Source: Octopus vulgaris (Eukaryota). Taken from it: a stretch of 64,000 bases of DNA. The DNA lies in NCBI GenBank assembly GCA_951406725.2, contig OX597824.1, positions 26,040,001 to 26,104,000 on the forward strand. The letters run 5' to 3'. Shown here in pieces: positions 12,212 to 25,386 of the stretch. The position numbers and the translations under genes were made by a program. The number at the start of each line of letters is the position of its first letter. Position 1 is the stretch's first letter. The notes beneath the pieces are model-generated. The model did no database searches, was not told the origin of the DNA, and saw only the letters and a list, made by a program, of their open reading frames with translations.

Positions 12212-12612
12212 TACATGCGTACGTACATACGTATATATATTTCGAAGACTACAGATGCAAGCCATCACTGGAAATGTAAAAATCTGTAAAACTTTCCAGA
12301 AGTTTATCAGTTAGGTATATATGAGCATGTCTAGGGATCTTTACTTTTTGACCGGCAAAGATCCCATGTCAGGATATGCAAGCATTTGCATGAGAAGACT
12401 TTCATAAAACATACATATCTGCACGTATACATGCATACATACAAAAATACCCTGTTGTTGATGTTGAAATTCCAGTGAAGAAGCCTTGGATCTAGGTTAG
12501 AAACCGACTCTTTATTGACAAGAAATCTTGAAATAATACTGAATAATGACATGCACGCATGCATACATACATACATGCATGCATGCATGCATGCATGCAT
12601 GCATACATACAT

Positions 12613-12661
<49 letters not shown>

Positions 12662-12770
12662 TACATACATACATACATACATACATCATACATACATACA
12701 TACATGCATACATCATACATACATACATACATACATACATACATACATAATACATACATACATAATACAT
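11995..12770. repeat. (ACAT)n/(AC)n/(GCAT)n microsatellite blocks
   Basis: Direct reading. Confidence 0.9.
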
Positions 12771-12777
12771 TAAAAAG

Positions 12778-13097
12778 ACTCCGCCGGTTACGACGACGAG
12801 GGTCCCAGCTGATACGATCAACGGAACAGCTTGCTCGTGAAATTAACGTGCAAATGGCTGAGCATTCCACAGACACGTGTACCCTTAACGTAGTTCTCGG
12901 GGATAATCAGCGTGACACAGAGAGTGACAAGGCTGACCCTTTGAAATACAAGTACAACTCATTTTTGCCAGCTGAGTGAACTGGAGCAACGTGAAATAAA
13001 GTGTCTTGCTCAAGGACACAACGCGTCGCCGGGAATCGAACTCACAACCTTACGATCATGAGCCGAATGCCCTAACCACTAAGCCACGCGCCCTCAC
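12778..13097 (-). mobile_element. tRNA-derived SINE family C
   Basis: Minus strand TGGCTTAGTGG A-box, GAGTTCGATTCC B-box, GTGTCCTTGAGCAAGACAC domain. Confidence 0.85.
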
Positions 13098-13273
13098 ACA
13101 TAATACATACATACATACATACATACATACATACATACATACATCATACATACATCCATACATACATACATTCATGGTTGACTACATCTTCTTTCTTGAG
13201 ATCCGTTTAACATGAAAGGGCAATGGATTACAGTGATGCACTCTAGTGCAACGTGTATGTTATTCTCCGAGTA

Positions 13274-13752
13274 CCGTAAATCCTCGAGTATTATCCGCAG
13301 GGGAGTTTTAGGGGGCTGTATCTCTGAAAAACCTAAACCTTGTGTACAATACGCACCCCTTCTCGAACTTAATTCAACGAGGTCTATATAACGTCCTTGG
13401 TTTGTAAAACTGTATACGGTAACGTCCTTTATTATTATTGTATATATAACATAATGCAAACGCTTTTTTTGTGCATTTTGTTTGCAGAAAATAAAGAAAT
13501 AACAGTAATAATGTTTAATAAATGTTGCTTACTGCAAGTTATGGATGATTCTTTTATGAGTTCATTGCTTTTAGGCTTAGCTTAAGGTATTTTCGCGCAC
13601 GACATTACAAAATGCGTCTGAATAAACATTGATGAGACTCGGACATTGCTTAGAAAATAATTTTCATTTTTGACCTCGTATATAGTACGCACTAGGGATT
13701 TTGACCTTTAAATTTTTGGGGGGAAATGCAGATTATACTCGAGGATTTACGG
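13274..13752. mobile_element. Non-autonomous Tc1/pogo-like DNA transposon
   Basis: TIR CCGTAAATCCTCGAGTA; second, inverted copy at 28088-28612 with TA flanks. Confidence 0.8.
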
Positions 13753-13975
13753 TGTCTGTAAATACACAATAACGAGCAAAAGTAAGACAACCGATGATTG
13801 TATCAAGGGGTCTTCTCCATAAAACGTTTTTTCAATGAAAAACAGATCCACAAGTAAGTCGGGGTTTGATTTTGAAGTTCTTACACCTCCAAATGATTAA
13901 TTGATTGATGGATGGATGGATGGATTGATTGATTGACTGACTGATTGATTGATTGCCCTCGTGAGCAGAATAGTA

Positions 13976-14603
13976 GGATCTTTTCCTTTTGAACGACAGA
14001 CAATTTCTAGTTAACTAAACACTTTTAAACTTCGTATACTGGTAGAATGTGTCAAAATAAAACATTTTTTTCTCTTGGCTTTCTTGAGAAAATTGTAATT
14101 TGTTTGTTTAACGTAGTTTAATTTTTCGAATTTTAACCAATCCTATGCTCTCTTTTGAGCTAAAATCATTTGCTGCGTTTAAAACTGAGACAACATCCTG
14201 TCACTAACCCTAAACCTCCCCCCTGACCCTAACCCTAACGCTAAATTTTTTTTTCTTAATTGTTAAATTAATTTAATTGTTACGCATGTAAAAAAAAAAC
14301 TAAAGCAATGGAATTAAATTAATTTAACAATTAAGAAAAAAAAATTAGGGTTAGGGTTAGTTACAGGATGTTGTCTCAGTTTTAGACGCAGCAAATGATT
14401 TTAGTTGAATGGAGGTAATCGATTGATTAAAATTGCCGAAATGCTCGGATTTTCAGACGAAATATCTTACAAACTATAGAATTTTCTCAATAAAACCAAG
14501 AGAAATGATGTTTTATAAACACATTCTACCAGTATACGAAGTTTAAAAGTGTTTAGTTAACTAGAAATTGTGTTGACATCTGCCGTTCAAAAGGAAAAGA
14601 TCC
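13976..14603. mobile_element. Foldback DNA element with GGATCTTTTCC termini and internal TTAGGG tracts
   Basis: Arms ~300 bp inverted; GGATCTTTTCCTTTTGAACG / CGTTCAAAAGGAAAAGATCC. Confidence 0.8.
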
Positions 14604-15519
14604 GAAAAGTGGAATATCGTCTCGCTCTGCATTCTCTCGTCTTCGTTTTTCTATCCCTAGTCTTGAAGCGCCACTTGCCAGTAAGCTAAAATGTTCTAAA
14701 ATCTTGTTTAAAGCGAGAATTTTTCTCCAGCGCAAAACTGCTGCGAAAAACCTTTATTGGTTTAAATATTTGTTTGTTGATTCAAATAAAGTTTGTTTAT
14801 TATCCGTCACTGTTTTGCAAACCTACCTATAGGTTCGGGATGGTTTTCTGTGACTTTTGGACAATTTTTTTTTTGGTCGAAATTCTGAAGTATTGCTACA
14901 CAGAATGACAGAAGTGGTATAGATCAGTGTTTACTGAGTTACAACAAATGTATGTAAATAACAGATTCTTGCTAATCACAACAGGAAATGATGAAGCCGG
15001 TATGTGGTCGCTAGAATGCTAGAAATAGCAATCAAATTTCCTTCAAATCACGTACTCTACCGTTTTAAAAAGGAAGGACTCATTAGGTGAAGTGGTCCTA
15101 GATACACTATGCTTGAATACTAGAGGAGATTATTACGAGTGGAACGCTTTTAATGATAAATAATTCGTTTTTAACAGCAGAACTCAAAATAGATAAAGCT
15201 ATAAATAATAGCGCGTAAATATAGGGTAAAAAAATAAAAATCATTTGGATAGAAAAGGTTAAAGGATTTCGGTGGGACTCGAACCCACATGTTCTAGATC
15301 CCACGGGCAGCTTCGACTTTTTCTATCCAAATGGCTCTTTTTTAACCCTATGTTTTACACGCTATCGTTTATTGGTTCATCCACTTTGAGTTCCACCGTT
15401 AAATACGAATTATTTCACGTTCTCTCGAAGTTTCTGAATTCTTGTGACGTAAACCACTTTTCATTATAGTGTTCATAGATTATGGCTGACATGGGTCTAG
15501 ACTGCTACTGCTGCTGCTG

Positions 15520-15560
<41 letters not shown>

Positions 15561-16439
15561 GCAAGATATATGACGACAGATAAACTTAAAACATTGAACA
15601 ATTTATAATTATTGATTTTTCAACTTTGACACAAGAGATCAAATTTGTAGGAAAGAGATGCAGTCGCTTACATCGACCCCCACGACTTGGATGGTGTTTA
15701 TTTTATTGATCCAGGAATAAAGAAAGATAGAGTCGATGCCGGCGGAATTTGAACTAAGAATATAAAGGCACATAACAAGATATCTTACTTAGCGCTCTAC
15801 TGATTTTGCCTTCCACCACTTTTGAACGATTTATAAATATTGATTTATTTTACCCCCCATCCCACTCCTCTACCCCCCCCCCGAAAAGGAAAGAAAGACA
15901 GAAAGAAAAATCTTTGGTGAGAAGATACAGAACTGGGGAATAACTACAGATGTGCGACTTTCCCCCCCACCACCTCTTCCACGCTAGAATTTGTTCCTTC
16001 ATAACTTTTTGAAAAATGCATATTTTTCTAATGCAGTTTTCCAGAGATATATTTTAGACGAGCAAAACGCACCCCCCCCCCGTCCAATGGACGGTGCTGA
16101 GTTGTCAAAGATTTAAACCAAATTTTCTCAAAACAACTTGTCCGACCGTCCCATAGGCCTCCCCTTTGAGAAACACTGAATTAACCTAAATTTGAGACAC
16201 CAGCAAAAGAAGAAATATAGATAGACTTTTTTTCTATTAAAAAGAAAAACGCTTTTATTCACACAAATATGCAACCGAAGAATTTAAAGTACCAGTAATG
16301 ATAAGGCTGCTGACTGGGAGAACACGAACATGGTTTAAACAGTAAGCTTGGCAGTACAAAAACAACAAAAAATGGAAGGTGCAGTTATGTACAGGTTGAC
16401 GGAAGAAAAGCAGGACAAAAACGGCTTTATCGATCGCAT

Positions 16440-16600
16440 TCTCACCTGGAATCGATTTTTGTAATTTTTTCAAAACTTATACACGCCCTGATACCGTCGG
16501 TATCTACGTATCAAATTTGAGCGCAATCGGATGGAGGATGCCCGAGATACGAGAAGACACACACAGACAGACAGACAGAACGGATTTTATATGAGATGAT
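16440..16600 (-). mobile_element. Probable Helitron 5'-end fragment
   Basis: Minus strand TCATATAAAATCCGTT(CTGT)n...CCGATTGCGCTCAAATTTG. Confidence 0.4.
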
Positions 16601-16930
16601 GTAGATTAGGGTTATATCGGAATGTGTGGCAAAAAAAAAAAAAAAAGGAACAAAAGAAATTTCGGGGATTGGTGTAGTGAGAAGAGGAGTTTCGGATAAT
16701 TCATATACACACTCCGATTTGTTTCCTCGTACCTTTCTGAAAATTGGATATTTTTTAACGAAATTTTCTACAATTATGTTTTAGATAGTATACATTGCAT
16801 TTATATCGAAGTTTGATATAAAAAATTAAAATTGTTAAGTCGAGGTTGTATATTTCATACACCTCGACTTAGTGGTCTCATACATTTCGATGCAGTGTGT
16901 GAATTCCGATATCATTTGTAAGCTATACTA

Positions 16931-17350
16931 CTCTCTTTACTCTTTTACTCTTTTACTTGTTTCAGTCATTTGACTGCGGCCATGTTGGAGCACCGCCTTT
17001 AATCGAGCAACTCGACCCCGGGACGTATTCTTTTGTAAGCCCAGTACTTATTCTATCGGTCTCTTTTGCCGAACCGCTAAGTGACGGGGACATAAACACA
17101 CCAGCATCGGTTGTCAAGCAATGCTGGGGGGGGGGGGACAAACTCAGACACACAAACACACACGCACATACATATATATACATACGACCGGCTTCTTTCA
17201 GTTTCCGTCTACCAAATCCACTCACAAGGCTTTGGTCGGCCCGAGGCTATAGTAGAAGACATTTGCCCAAGGTGCCACGCAGTGGGACTGAACCCGGAAC
17301 CATGTGGTTGGTAAGCAAGCTACTTACGACACTGCCACTCCTGCGCCTAT
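16931..17350 (-). mobile_element. SINE family A
   Basis: Full-length reverse complement. Confidence 0.9.
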
Positions 17351-17352
17351 GA

Positions 17353-17845
17353 AGCATTTTTACAATTCTATATTTCTGAGATGAGGAATCTATATTATGT
17401 ACACTGTTTACATTAGGCAAAATGATGACCTCATCTTGATTGTTGCTTTCACTTCGTTTCTTCAGGTGTCTTGTAACTCACCTTAGTGCATTGTCTAGGA
17501 TTGAACTCAAAACCTCTAGATGACTGCACTGTGTTAACCAACGCCTTTATCCACTACGCTACGTAGGCAGTGACAGACTGAATTTTTGGGCCTTAAAAAT
17601 GCGGGTTTATAAGCTTTAAACATTCACTTAGTTAGCACCTGCGGGTATGACGTAGAGGATAAAGGCGTTGGTTAATGCAATACAGTTCCCCAGAGGTTCT
17701 GAGTTCGATCACAAGTAAGACACTAAGATGAATTGAAAAAGCCTGGAGTGTACATAGCCGAAACGTAGTGAAAGCAACAATCAAGGTGAGGACAACACAC
17801 CGACCAGTGTACACAATAAAACACATTTGTTGAAAATTTCTATAT
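17353..17845. mobile_element. Divergent inverted pair of tRNA-headed elements with hammerhead remnants
   Basis: 17353-17570 (-) and 17637-17845 (+) are homologous; A/B boxes plus CTGAAGA or GAAACGTAGTG. Confidence 0.6.
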
Positions 17846-17979
17846 CGATTTTTCAGAAAGTTATGAGGAAACAAAGTCGAGGTTAGTGTACATAACATCT
17901 TTAGTTACACCCAGAATTAGTTGGGAGTGTTATATAGTCGAGATGGTGAACTGTTAGGATTATTACCATCTTTGTATAT

Positions 17980-18196
17980 TGATTTCAAATTTTGATACAA
18001 GGCCAGCAGTTTTCGAAGGAGGGGATAAACCGATTACAATGACCCCCTGATTTCAACTGGTACTTGTTTTATTGACGTCAAAAGGATGAAAGGCAAAGTC
18101 GACTTCGGCGTTATTTGAACTCAGAACGTAAAGACGAAGAAATACCGCTAAGCATTTTGCCCGGCTTGTTTAACGATTCTGCCAGCTTGCCGCCTT
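17980..18196 (-). mobile_element. SINE family B (short-tail variant)
   Basis: Homology to family B. Confidence 0.8.
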
Positions 18197-18637
18197 TACC
18201 ATCTTTGTATATTTCCACGAGAATTTCCACAATATATAGTGCTCGTTAAGGAAGCTACCACGGGTCGTTCGTTGGCCAGATGGTGCAAGGAAGGACTGAA
18301 TCGATATCAACATTATTTTCTTTCATGAGATCCTGGACTCATGAGGCCTGTTACCCGGTTTTCATGACATGTAAGTGACCGAGACCACAGCATTTTCCCT
18401 GGACGGGACGCTAGTCTGGTGTAGGGTTCAAGGCCAAGGCCAACAATTTTGAGGAGAGAGCGCGAGTAGATAAAATAAAGTACCACTTGACCGTGGCACT
18501 TTATTTTATCGATCTCGAAAGGATGAAAAGTAAAGTTGACCTCAGTGAGATTTCAACACAGAACATTTATGCAGCTAAGAATTTTGTCTTACGTGCTAAC
18601 GATTCTGCCAGCTCACCACTTTATATCAGTTTATGGT

Positions 18638-21067
18638 CAAAGGTCACCAAAGTACAGTCCGCGGGCCAGATCAGGCCCACGTGGTCAGTTCATCCGGCTC
18701 GCCGCCGCACTGTACCTTTTGTGTAAGTACTTGCTTTGAGAGTTAATTCCTGCAGTGATTGTGCTTTAACTTGCATTGCTGTGTTTAAACATTCTCTTTC
18801 CGAGAATGTAAAGTATAGAAGCCATCTTATCATGGCTAACCACATTGGGGAGGGGGTGTTACTGTAGCTTTATAGCCCCAAGAGATCTTCGTCTCTAGCT
18901 GGCTTTAGACACAATATCAGTGTCCTTGCAAGCCTGAGTGATACGCTCGAACTAGTTTCGGGATTATCGAGCCATGATAAGATGGCTTCTATACTTTACA
19001 TTATCGAGCGATTGCTGTTTCAATCTCATTCTGAGATTTAATTATGCTTTCCGAGAATGTTTGCTGAAAAATGAATCTGTCCCTCGTAGAAGTTATAAAA
19101 TAGCGCATAAGATAGCAGATTGAGGAAAACCGTTTACTAACGGTGTCTTTATCAAAGAGTGTATGATGGAAACAGCAAATGACTTGTGTCCTGAAAAAGC
19201 CGATTTTTTGGAAGTACCTGCCTATCAGCTAGTTTAGTTGTGCAATGAAAAGAACTTGGAGAGATCATAGTGCTACAAATACGCGAGAAAGCTAGGAACT
19301 TCTTGTGGGATTCTCTGGCACTGGATGAGTCTACTGATCTCTCGAGTGCGTCACAGCTTCTCGTGTTCATTCGTGGTGTTAATTTGGACTTCCAGATAAC
19401 AGAAGATTTTGCATCCGTTTGCAGCATGCACGGAAAAACAACTGGAGAAGACATTTTCATGGAAGTGCAGAAAACTTTGCAAGACTGTAATCTTCAGTGA
19501 AATCAGCTTCAATGTGTTACAGTTGATGGAGGAAAAAACATGGCTGGAGTGAGGAAGGGTTTGGTGCGCAGACCAGGACTAAATTGAAAGATCTTCAACT
19601 CCCGGGCACTCTATTTATACACTGCATTATTCATCAGCAAGCACTTTATGGGAAAGACTGAGATATTTCTTGCGTGCTGAAACCAGTTGTTTCTGCAGTG
19701 GACATCATTCGGAGTCATGCATTTAATCACCGCCAGTTCCAGGCTTTTCTTGAAGAAATCGATTCTGAATTCTGTGACTTGCCTTATCAAACAGCAGTAA
19801 GGTGGCTGAGCTGCGGTAAAGTCTTGTTTCCTTATTATAAGCTCCGAAGAGAAAAATATCTATTTCTCACCGAAAAAGATAAAGCTGATCCACTTCTGTC
19901 AGATCCTACCTGGCTGTCAAAATTGTCATTTTTGGTTGACATCATATCCCTGATGAATGAATTGAACTTGAAGCTTCAGGGAAAGGATAACCTTATTTGT
20001 GATCTCTACAGAATTATCAAAGGATTTCGGAGAAAGCTATCATTGTTTGAAGCACAACTGGAAGGAGAAAAATTCTCTCATTTTCAGTGTTTCAAAGAGT
20101 TTTGCGCTGAAATCGCAGATGTCAACCTCGAGTTTCCGAAGAAGATTATTCGTGACTTAAATAAGCATTTTTTGTTTGTTTTTTGGAGAGATTTTCAGAT
20201 CTCGACAGAATTGAGAGTGACAGTCTTCTGTTTCAAAATCCGTTTGATTGTAACCTTGATGACGTACAAGTCGATCTACAGTTGGTGCTCACTGATTTGC
20301 AAGCAAATGAGTCGTTGAAAGAGAAGCACAGAGAAGGAGAACTTGAAGAATTTTATCGCTGCTTACCTGATGATGAAATTTCTAAGTTGAAGAAATTTGC
20401 CTCTGGCATGGCATCGGTGTTTGGAACAACATATGTCTGTGAACAAACATTTTCAAAAATGAAGTATGTGAAGTCAGCCCATCGAATGAGGTTGACATAA
20501 ATTTTGAAAGCAATTCTCTTGGTTGGATGCAGCAATTTCAAGGCAAATGTTGTTAATATCTTAAACACCAGTTTCATAAATCTCATTAAGAATTTTTTTC
20601 TTTTTTTTGCTACTTAGTTTCTGAGATCGGATATGTTTGCACTGGATGTGATGTAACTATCTTATTGCTAACGTTGCCTTCTCTGTTAACTTTTTGGTAA
20701 ATAAATATGCTGGTTGTCTTTATATTTTGTATATTTACTGTACTGTACGACGAGCTGGCAGAAACGTTAGCGCGCCGGGCGAAATGCTTAGCGATATTTC
20801 GTCTGTCGTTACGTTCTGAGTTCAAATTCCGCCGAGGTCGACTTTGCCTTTCATCCTTTCTGGGTCGATAAATAAAGCACCAGTTACGCACTGGGGTCGA
20901 TGTAATCGACTTAATCCGTTTATCTGTCCTTGTTTGTCCTCTCTATGTTTAGCCCCTTGTGGGTAGTAAAGAAAAAATACTGTATTGAACAAAATGGATA
21001 TGCGGCCTGCGCTCTTCATTCTCCCAGTTATCTGGCTCACCGTGAAAAAAAAGTTTGGTGGCGTTTG
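18638..21067 (+). mobile_element. hAT DNA transposon (Charlie/SPIN, GTF2IRD2-like), decayed
   Basis: Degenerate TIRs CAAAGGTCACCAAA / TTTGGTGGCGTTTG; transposase relic inside; SINE B inserted at 20748-20976. Confidence 0.8.
19100..20590 (+). pseudogene. hAT transposase pseudogene with frameshifts and stops
   Basis: SLALDESTD, HCIIHQ, VRWLSCGKVL, LNLKLQG, FGTTYVCEQTFSKMKYVKS motifs. Confidence 0.9.
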
Positions 21068-21165
21068 GTCTATGATGAATGTTTATTTCATTGACCAAGA
21101 TATTTGAATGTTAAAATCAGCTTTGACGTAAGCAAATACCTCAAAGATTTAAGTCTGGTACCTTA

Positions 21166-21328
21166 CCGTATTTACACGTGTACCTGTCGCATTAAATTAT
21201 ACATGACTTTAACTGAAAAACGTATACACGGAGGGCAAAGTTGATATCAAGTTCGAATGTGAAGGAAATTTTGTACCAAGATTTAATGCTAAATTAGGAG
21301 GTGCGACTTATACACGAGTAAAAAGCGG
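21166..21328. mobile_element. Short pogo/Tigger-like MITE
   Basis: TA|CCGTATTTACACGTGTA ... TACACGAGTAAAAAGCGG|TA. Confidence 0.55.
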
Positions 21329-21592
21329 TAATCGTCTCTGCCACTCCACCGCCTTTTGATTTATCAACATTAGCAGAGACCCGAAGACAGTGTGTGTGTG
21401 TGCGTGTGTGTGTGCGTGTATAAACGGCAAACACTTACAGGCATCTGGTTGCATCTGTTGTGAATATCTTCTGTAAAAGGATAAACATAATTTCGTGGTG
21501 TAGTTGAGGTGATGCGACCGGGTACATGCACTCAATTTTACATATCAGGAGAATTAATTTTCATCAACTTACTAGTGCTTAATGTACTCCAT

Positions 21593-21649
<57 letters not shown>

Positions 21650-21893
21650 ACTAAGCCTCGAGGTCCATTCTACCTATATATATATATATATACTATTTTA
21701 CTCTTTTACTTGTTTCAGTCATTTGACTGTGGCCGTGCTGGAGCACCGCCTCTAGTCGAGCAAATCGACCCCAGGGCTTATTCTTTGTAAGCTTAGTACT
21801 TATTCTATAGTTCTCTTTTGCCGAACCGCTAAGTTATGGGAACGTAAACACAGCAGCATCGGTTGTCAAGCGATGTTGGGAGGACAAACACAG

Positions 21894-21958
<65 letters not shown>

Positions 21959-22446
21959 TCTAATAACCGCCGTAAACTAGCGGTTCAGGAAAAGAAACCG
22001 ATAGAATAGGTACTAGACTTTAAAAAATGAAGTCCTGGGGTCGATTTACTCTTCAAGGCGGTGCCCCAGCATGGCCACGGTCGAAACGACTGAAACAAGA
22101 AAATGTTATAAGATAGGAATCAAATCAGTGACAGCCCCTTTTTAAATATACTGTTGTCTTAACAAAGTTCTTTCTATACATGCTGTCGTCGCCAGCAGAA
22201 TAAACCATTCCACACTTGCTGTTATTCAAAGAACTGAACACAATTAGTACCGCCCTAAGACATCGATACACTTGGCAGTTGCCCAGAAACAGTATGGCTC
22301 TAGGGAACCAGTTCTAATCTATGTATGTTTTGAGTTTCCGTCAAGAAATACTACCGATCCCAGTGCATTGATTTTCCCGAGGTTTTCATTGGTCGAGGGG
22401 GGCCCCACTTCTGACCTATATAAGCTGTAGCTTGCTATCAATAAAT

Positions 22447-22870
22447 AAATACCTATTTCTTTACTACCCACAAGGGGCTAAGCACAGAGGGGACAAACAA
22501 GGACAGACAAACGGATTAAGTCGATTACATCAACCCCAGTGCGTAACTGGTACTTAATTTATCGACCCTGAAAAGATGAAAGGCAAAGTTGACCTCGGCT
22601 GAATTTGAACTCAGAACACAACGACAGTCGAAATATATATTTCTTTACTACCCCACAAGGGGCTAAACACAGAGGGGACAAACAAAGACAGACAAACGGA
22701 TTAAGTCGATTACATCGACCCCAGTGCGTAACTGGTACTTAATTTATCGACCCTGAAAAGATGAAAGGCAAAGTCGACCTCGGCGGAATTTGAACCCAGA
22801 ACGTAACGGCAGACGAAATACGGCTACGCATTTCGCCCTGCGTGCTAACGTTTCTGCCAGCTCGCCGCCT
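22447..22870 (-). mobile_element. SINE family B dimer
   Basis: Two tandem B units. Confidence 0.85.
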
Positions 22871-23324
22871 AAATAAATACCAGAGAGCCCTCTGCACTGA
22901 TTTGTCCAGTTGCCTGTAATACTGTAGAATCCTATCTATACACGCATTTTTTTTCTCTTCTACGCTGGGAACAAAATTTCCTGAATTTTTAGCTACCTTT
23001 CAAACTATTTTATTAGAGTTGCTTCTACTCACATATACACAGGCTTACAAGTATATGTGTCCTCTAATATGCATATGTAGGTATATGTATACGTACGTAC
23101 TTAGTCATACACTCAAACAAATGTTTATGTGCACATACGGTCAACGCTCTCGTACTAAAATAACGTTTATCAGACGTCTATGTGTTATTCACAAGTACTG
23201 CATTGCCATTTGTGTACGTAAATTTAATGCCACACGGATTAGTCTCAGACAGTTATACTAGTGGTAAGTAGGAATTATATTAATCTTGTGCATTTTCAAC
23301 AGAATAAAATTACGTTTCAATCAG

Positions 23325-23529
23325 TCTCTTTTACTTGTTTCACCCATTTGACTGTGGCCATGCTGGAGCACTGCCTTTAGTCGAGCAAATCGACCCCAGG
23401 ACTTATTCTTTGTAAGCCTAGTACCTATTCTATCGTTCTCTTTTGCCGAACCGCTAAGTTACGGGGACGTAAACGCACCAGCATCGGTTGTCAAGCGATG
23501 TTGGGGGACAAACACAGGCACACGCACAC

Positions 23530-23599
<70 letters not shown>

Positions 23600-23763
23600 G
23601 ACGGGCTTCTTTCAGTTTCCGTCTACCAAATCCACTCACAAGGCTTTGGTCGGCCCGAGGTTATAGTAGAAGACACTTGCCCAAGGTGCCACGCAATGGG
23701 ACTGAACCCAGAACCATGTGGTTGGTAAGCAAGTTACGTGCCACACAGTCACTCCTAGGCCTA
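23325..23763 (-). mobile_element. SINE family A
   Basis: Full-length reverse complement. Confidence 0.9.
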
Positions 23764-24162
23764 TGAAGACACTAGTCTTGTATTTATTATTTTCGATACA
23801 TCGTTCAGAAGGCTTCAGCCCTAATCCTGCCATTCATATTTATAGAATCGAAAAAATAAAAGTACCAACAGTATAATGATTTCAAATTTTGGCACAAGGC
23901 CAGCAGTTATGAAGTGAGGGACAAGTCGATTACAACGACCCCCAATACTTGACTGGTACTTTATACTATCGATTCTAGATTAAAGGATGAAAAGCATAGT
24001 TGACATCGACTGAACTTGAACTGAGCACCTAGAAAGAAGGAAGAAATAATCTAAGCCTGTGTCTGATGCATTAATGATCCTGCCAATTCGCCTCCTCCGT
24101 CTTCTCCTCTTCCTAATAATAATAATAATAATAATAATAATAGTGATGATGATGATGATAAT

Positions 24163-24494
24163 AAATGTGGCATCTCAAGGCGACTACAGTACCAGTGATT
24201 GTAGGATCTCTAGGAATGGTTAAAAAAAGGTACTGAAACCCATTTGAAAATGATACCAGGCTTACCATCCCTACAGGAAGAGCAAAAAATCGTGTTAAGT
24301 GGAACGGCTCATGTACTGAGAAGAGCATTATCGCTGTGAAAAACAACATCCATTCATGAATTTATTTATTTGTTAAATACATATTTTACCTGTGAATATG
24401 TGTGTATAATCTGGGAATGTATACAATGAGCTTCTCTGCCCCAGGTGTACGGAAAACACTCGGCGAGAAACGGAAGAAAATTTGGAAGAAGGAG

Positions 24495-24495
<1 letters not shown>
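24163..24495 (+). mobile_element. 3' end of R4/Dong-like LINE in (TAA)n
   Basis: KMWHLKATTVPVIVGSLGM...GTAHVLRRALSL; same family as 63297-63690 and 25138-25230. Confidence 0.8.
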
Positions 24496-24556
<61 letters not shown>

Positions 24557-24703
24557 CATTTCTGCAGTAAGCACAAAGCCTGAAATTTGAGGGGAGAAGA
24601 CTAGTCAATTACATCGACTCCAGTGCATAACTGGTACTTAATTTATCGACTTAGAAAGGATGAAATGCTAAGTCAACCTCGGCGGAATTTCCATAATAAT
24701 GCT

Positions 24704-25046
24704 GAGACCCCTTTAGGTCATGAGTGACCATGGAATTGCACCTAGCAAGTTACTCTCCCAGGCACAAGTCCGGGCAAGGTTATTTATGGAAGACCAGCAG
24801 TCGCCCATGCATACCAGCCTCTCCTCTCCACGCCACCAGTGTCATCCAAGGGAAAAGCAAAGGGGCCGATACAGCTTGGCACCAGTGACGTCGCAACTCA
24901 TTTCTACAGCTGAGTGAACTGGAGCAACGTGAAATAATTAAGTGTCTTCCTCAAGAACTCAACACGCAACCCCCGCGCAGGGATTCGAACTCACAACCTC
25001 ACGATCGTAAGCTCGACGCTCTAACCACTGAGCCATACGCCTTCAC
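24704..25046 (-). mobile_element. SINE family C (alternative tail)
   Basis: tRNA head on minus strand; homologous to 37313-37654. Confidence 0.85.
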
Positions 25047-25229
25047 GCCATGATGATGATGATGATGAGAAGGAGGAGGAGGAGGATGACGACGACGAGG
25101 AGGAAGATGGGGAGGAGGGAATAATAATAATAATAATAATCTGGGAATGCATACAATGAGCTTCTCTGCCCTAGGTGTATGGAAAACACTCGGCGAGAAA
25201 CGGAAGAAAATTTGAAGAAAGAAGGAAAA

Positions 25230-25250
25230 AACAACAACAACAACAACAAC

Positions 25251-25328
<78 letters not shown>

Positions 25329-25386
25329 AAGAAGAAGAAGAAGAAGAAGAAGAAGAAGAAGAAGAAGAAGAACAACAACAACAACA
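25230..25386. repeat. (CAA)n(TAA)n(GAA)n(CAA)n microsatellite
   Basis: Direct reading. Confidence 0.95.

Noticed and set aside
12990-13097. tRNA gene-like sequences in SINE heads
   Set aside because: They have A/B boxes only, continue into SINE bodies and show no convincing full cloverleaf
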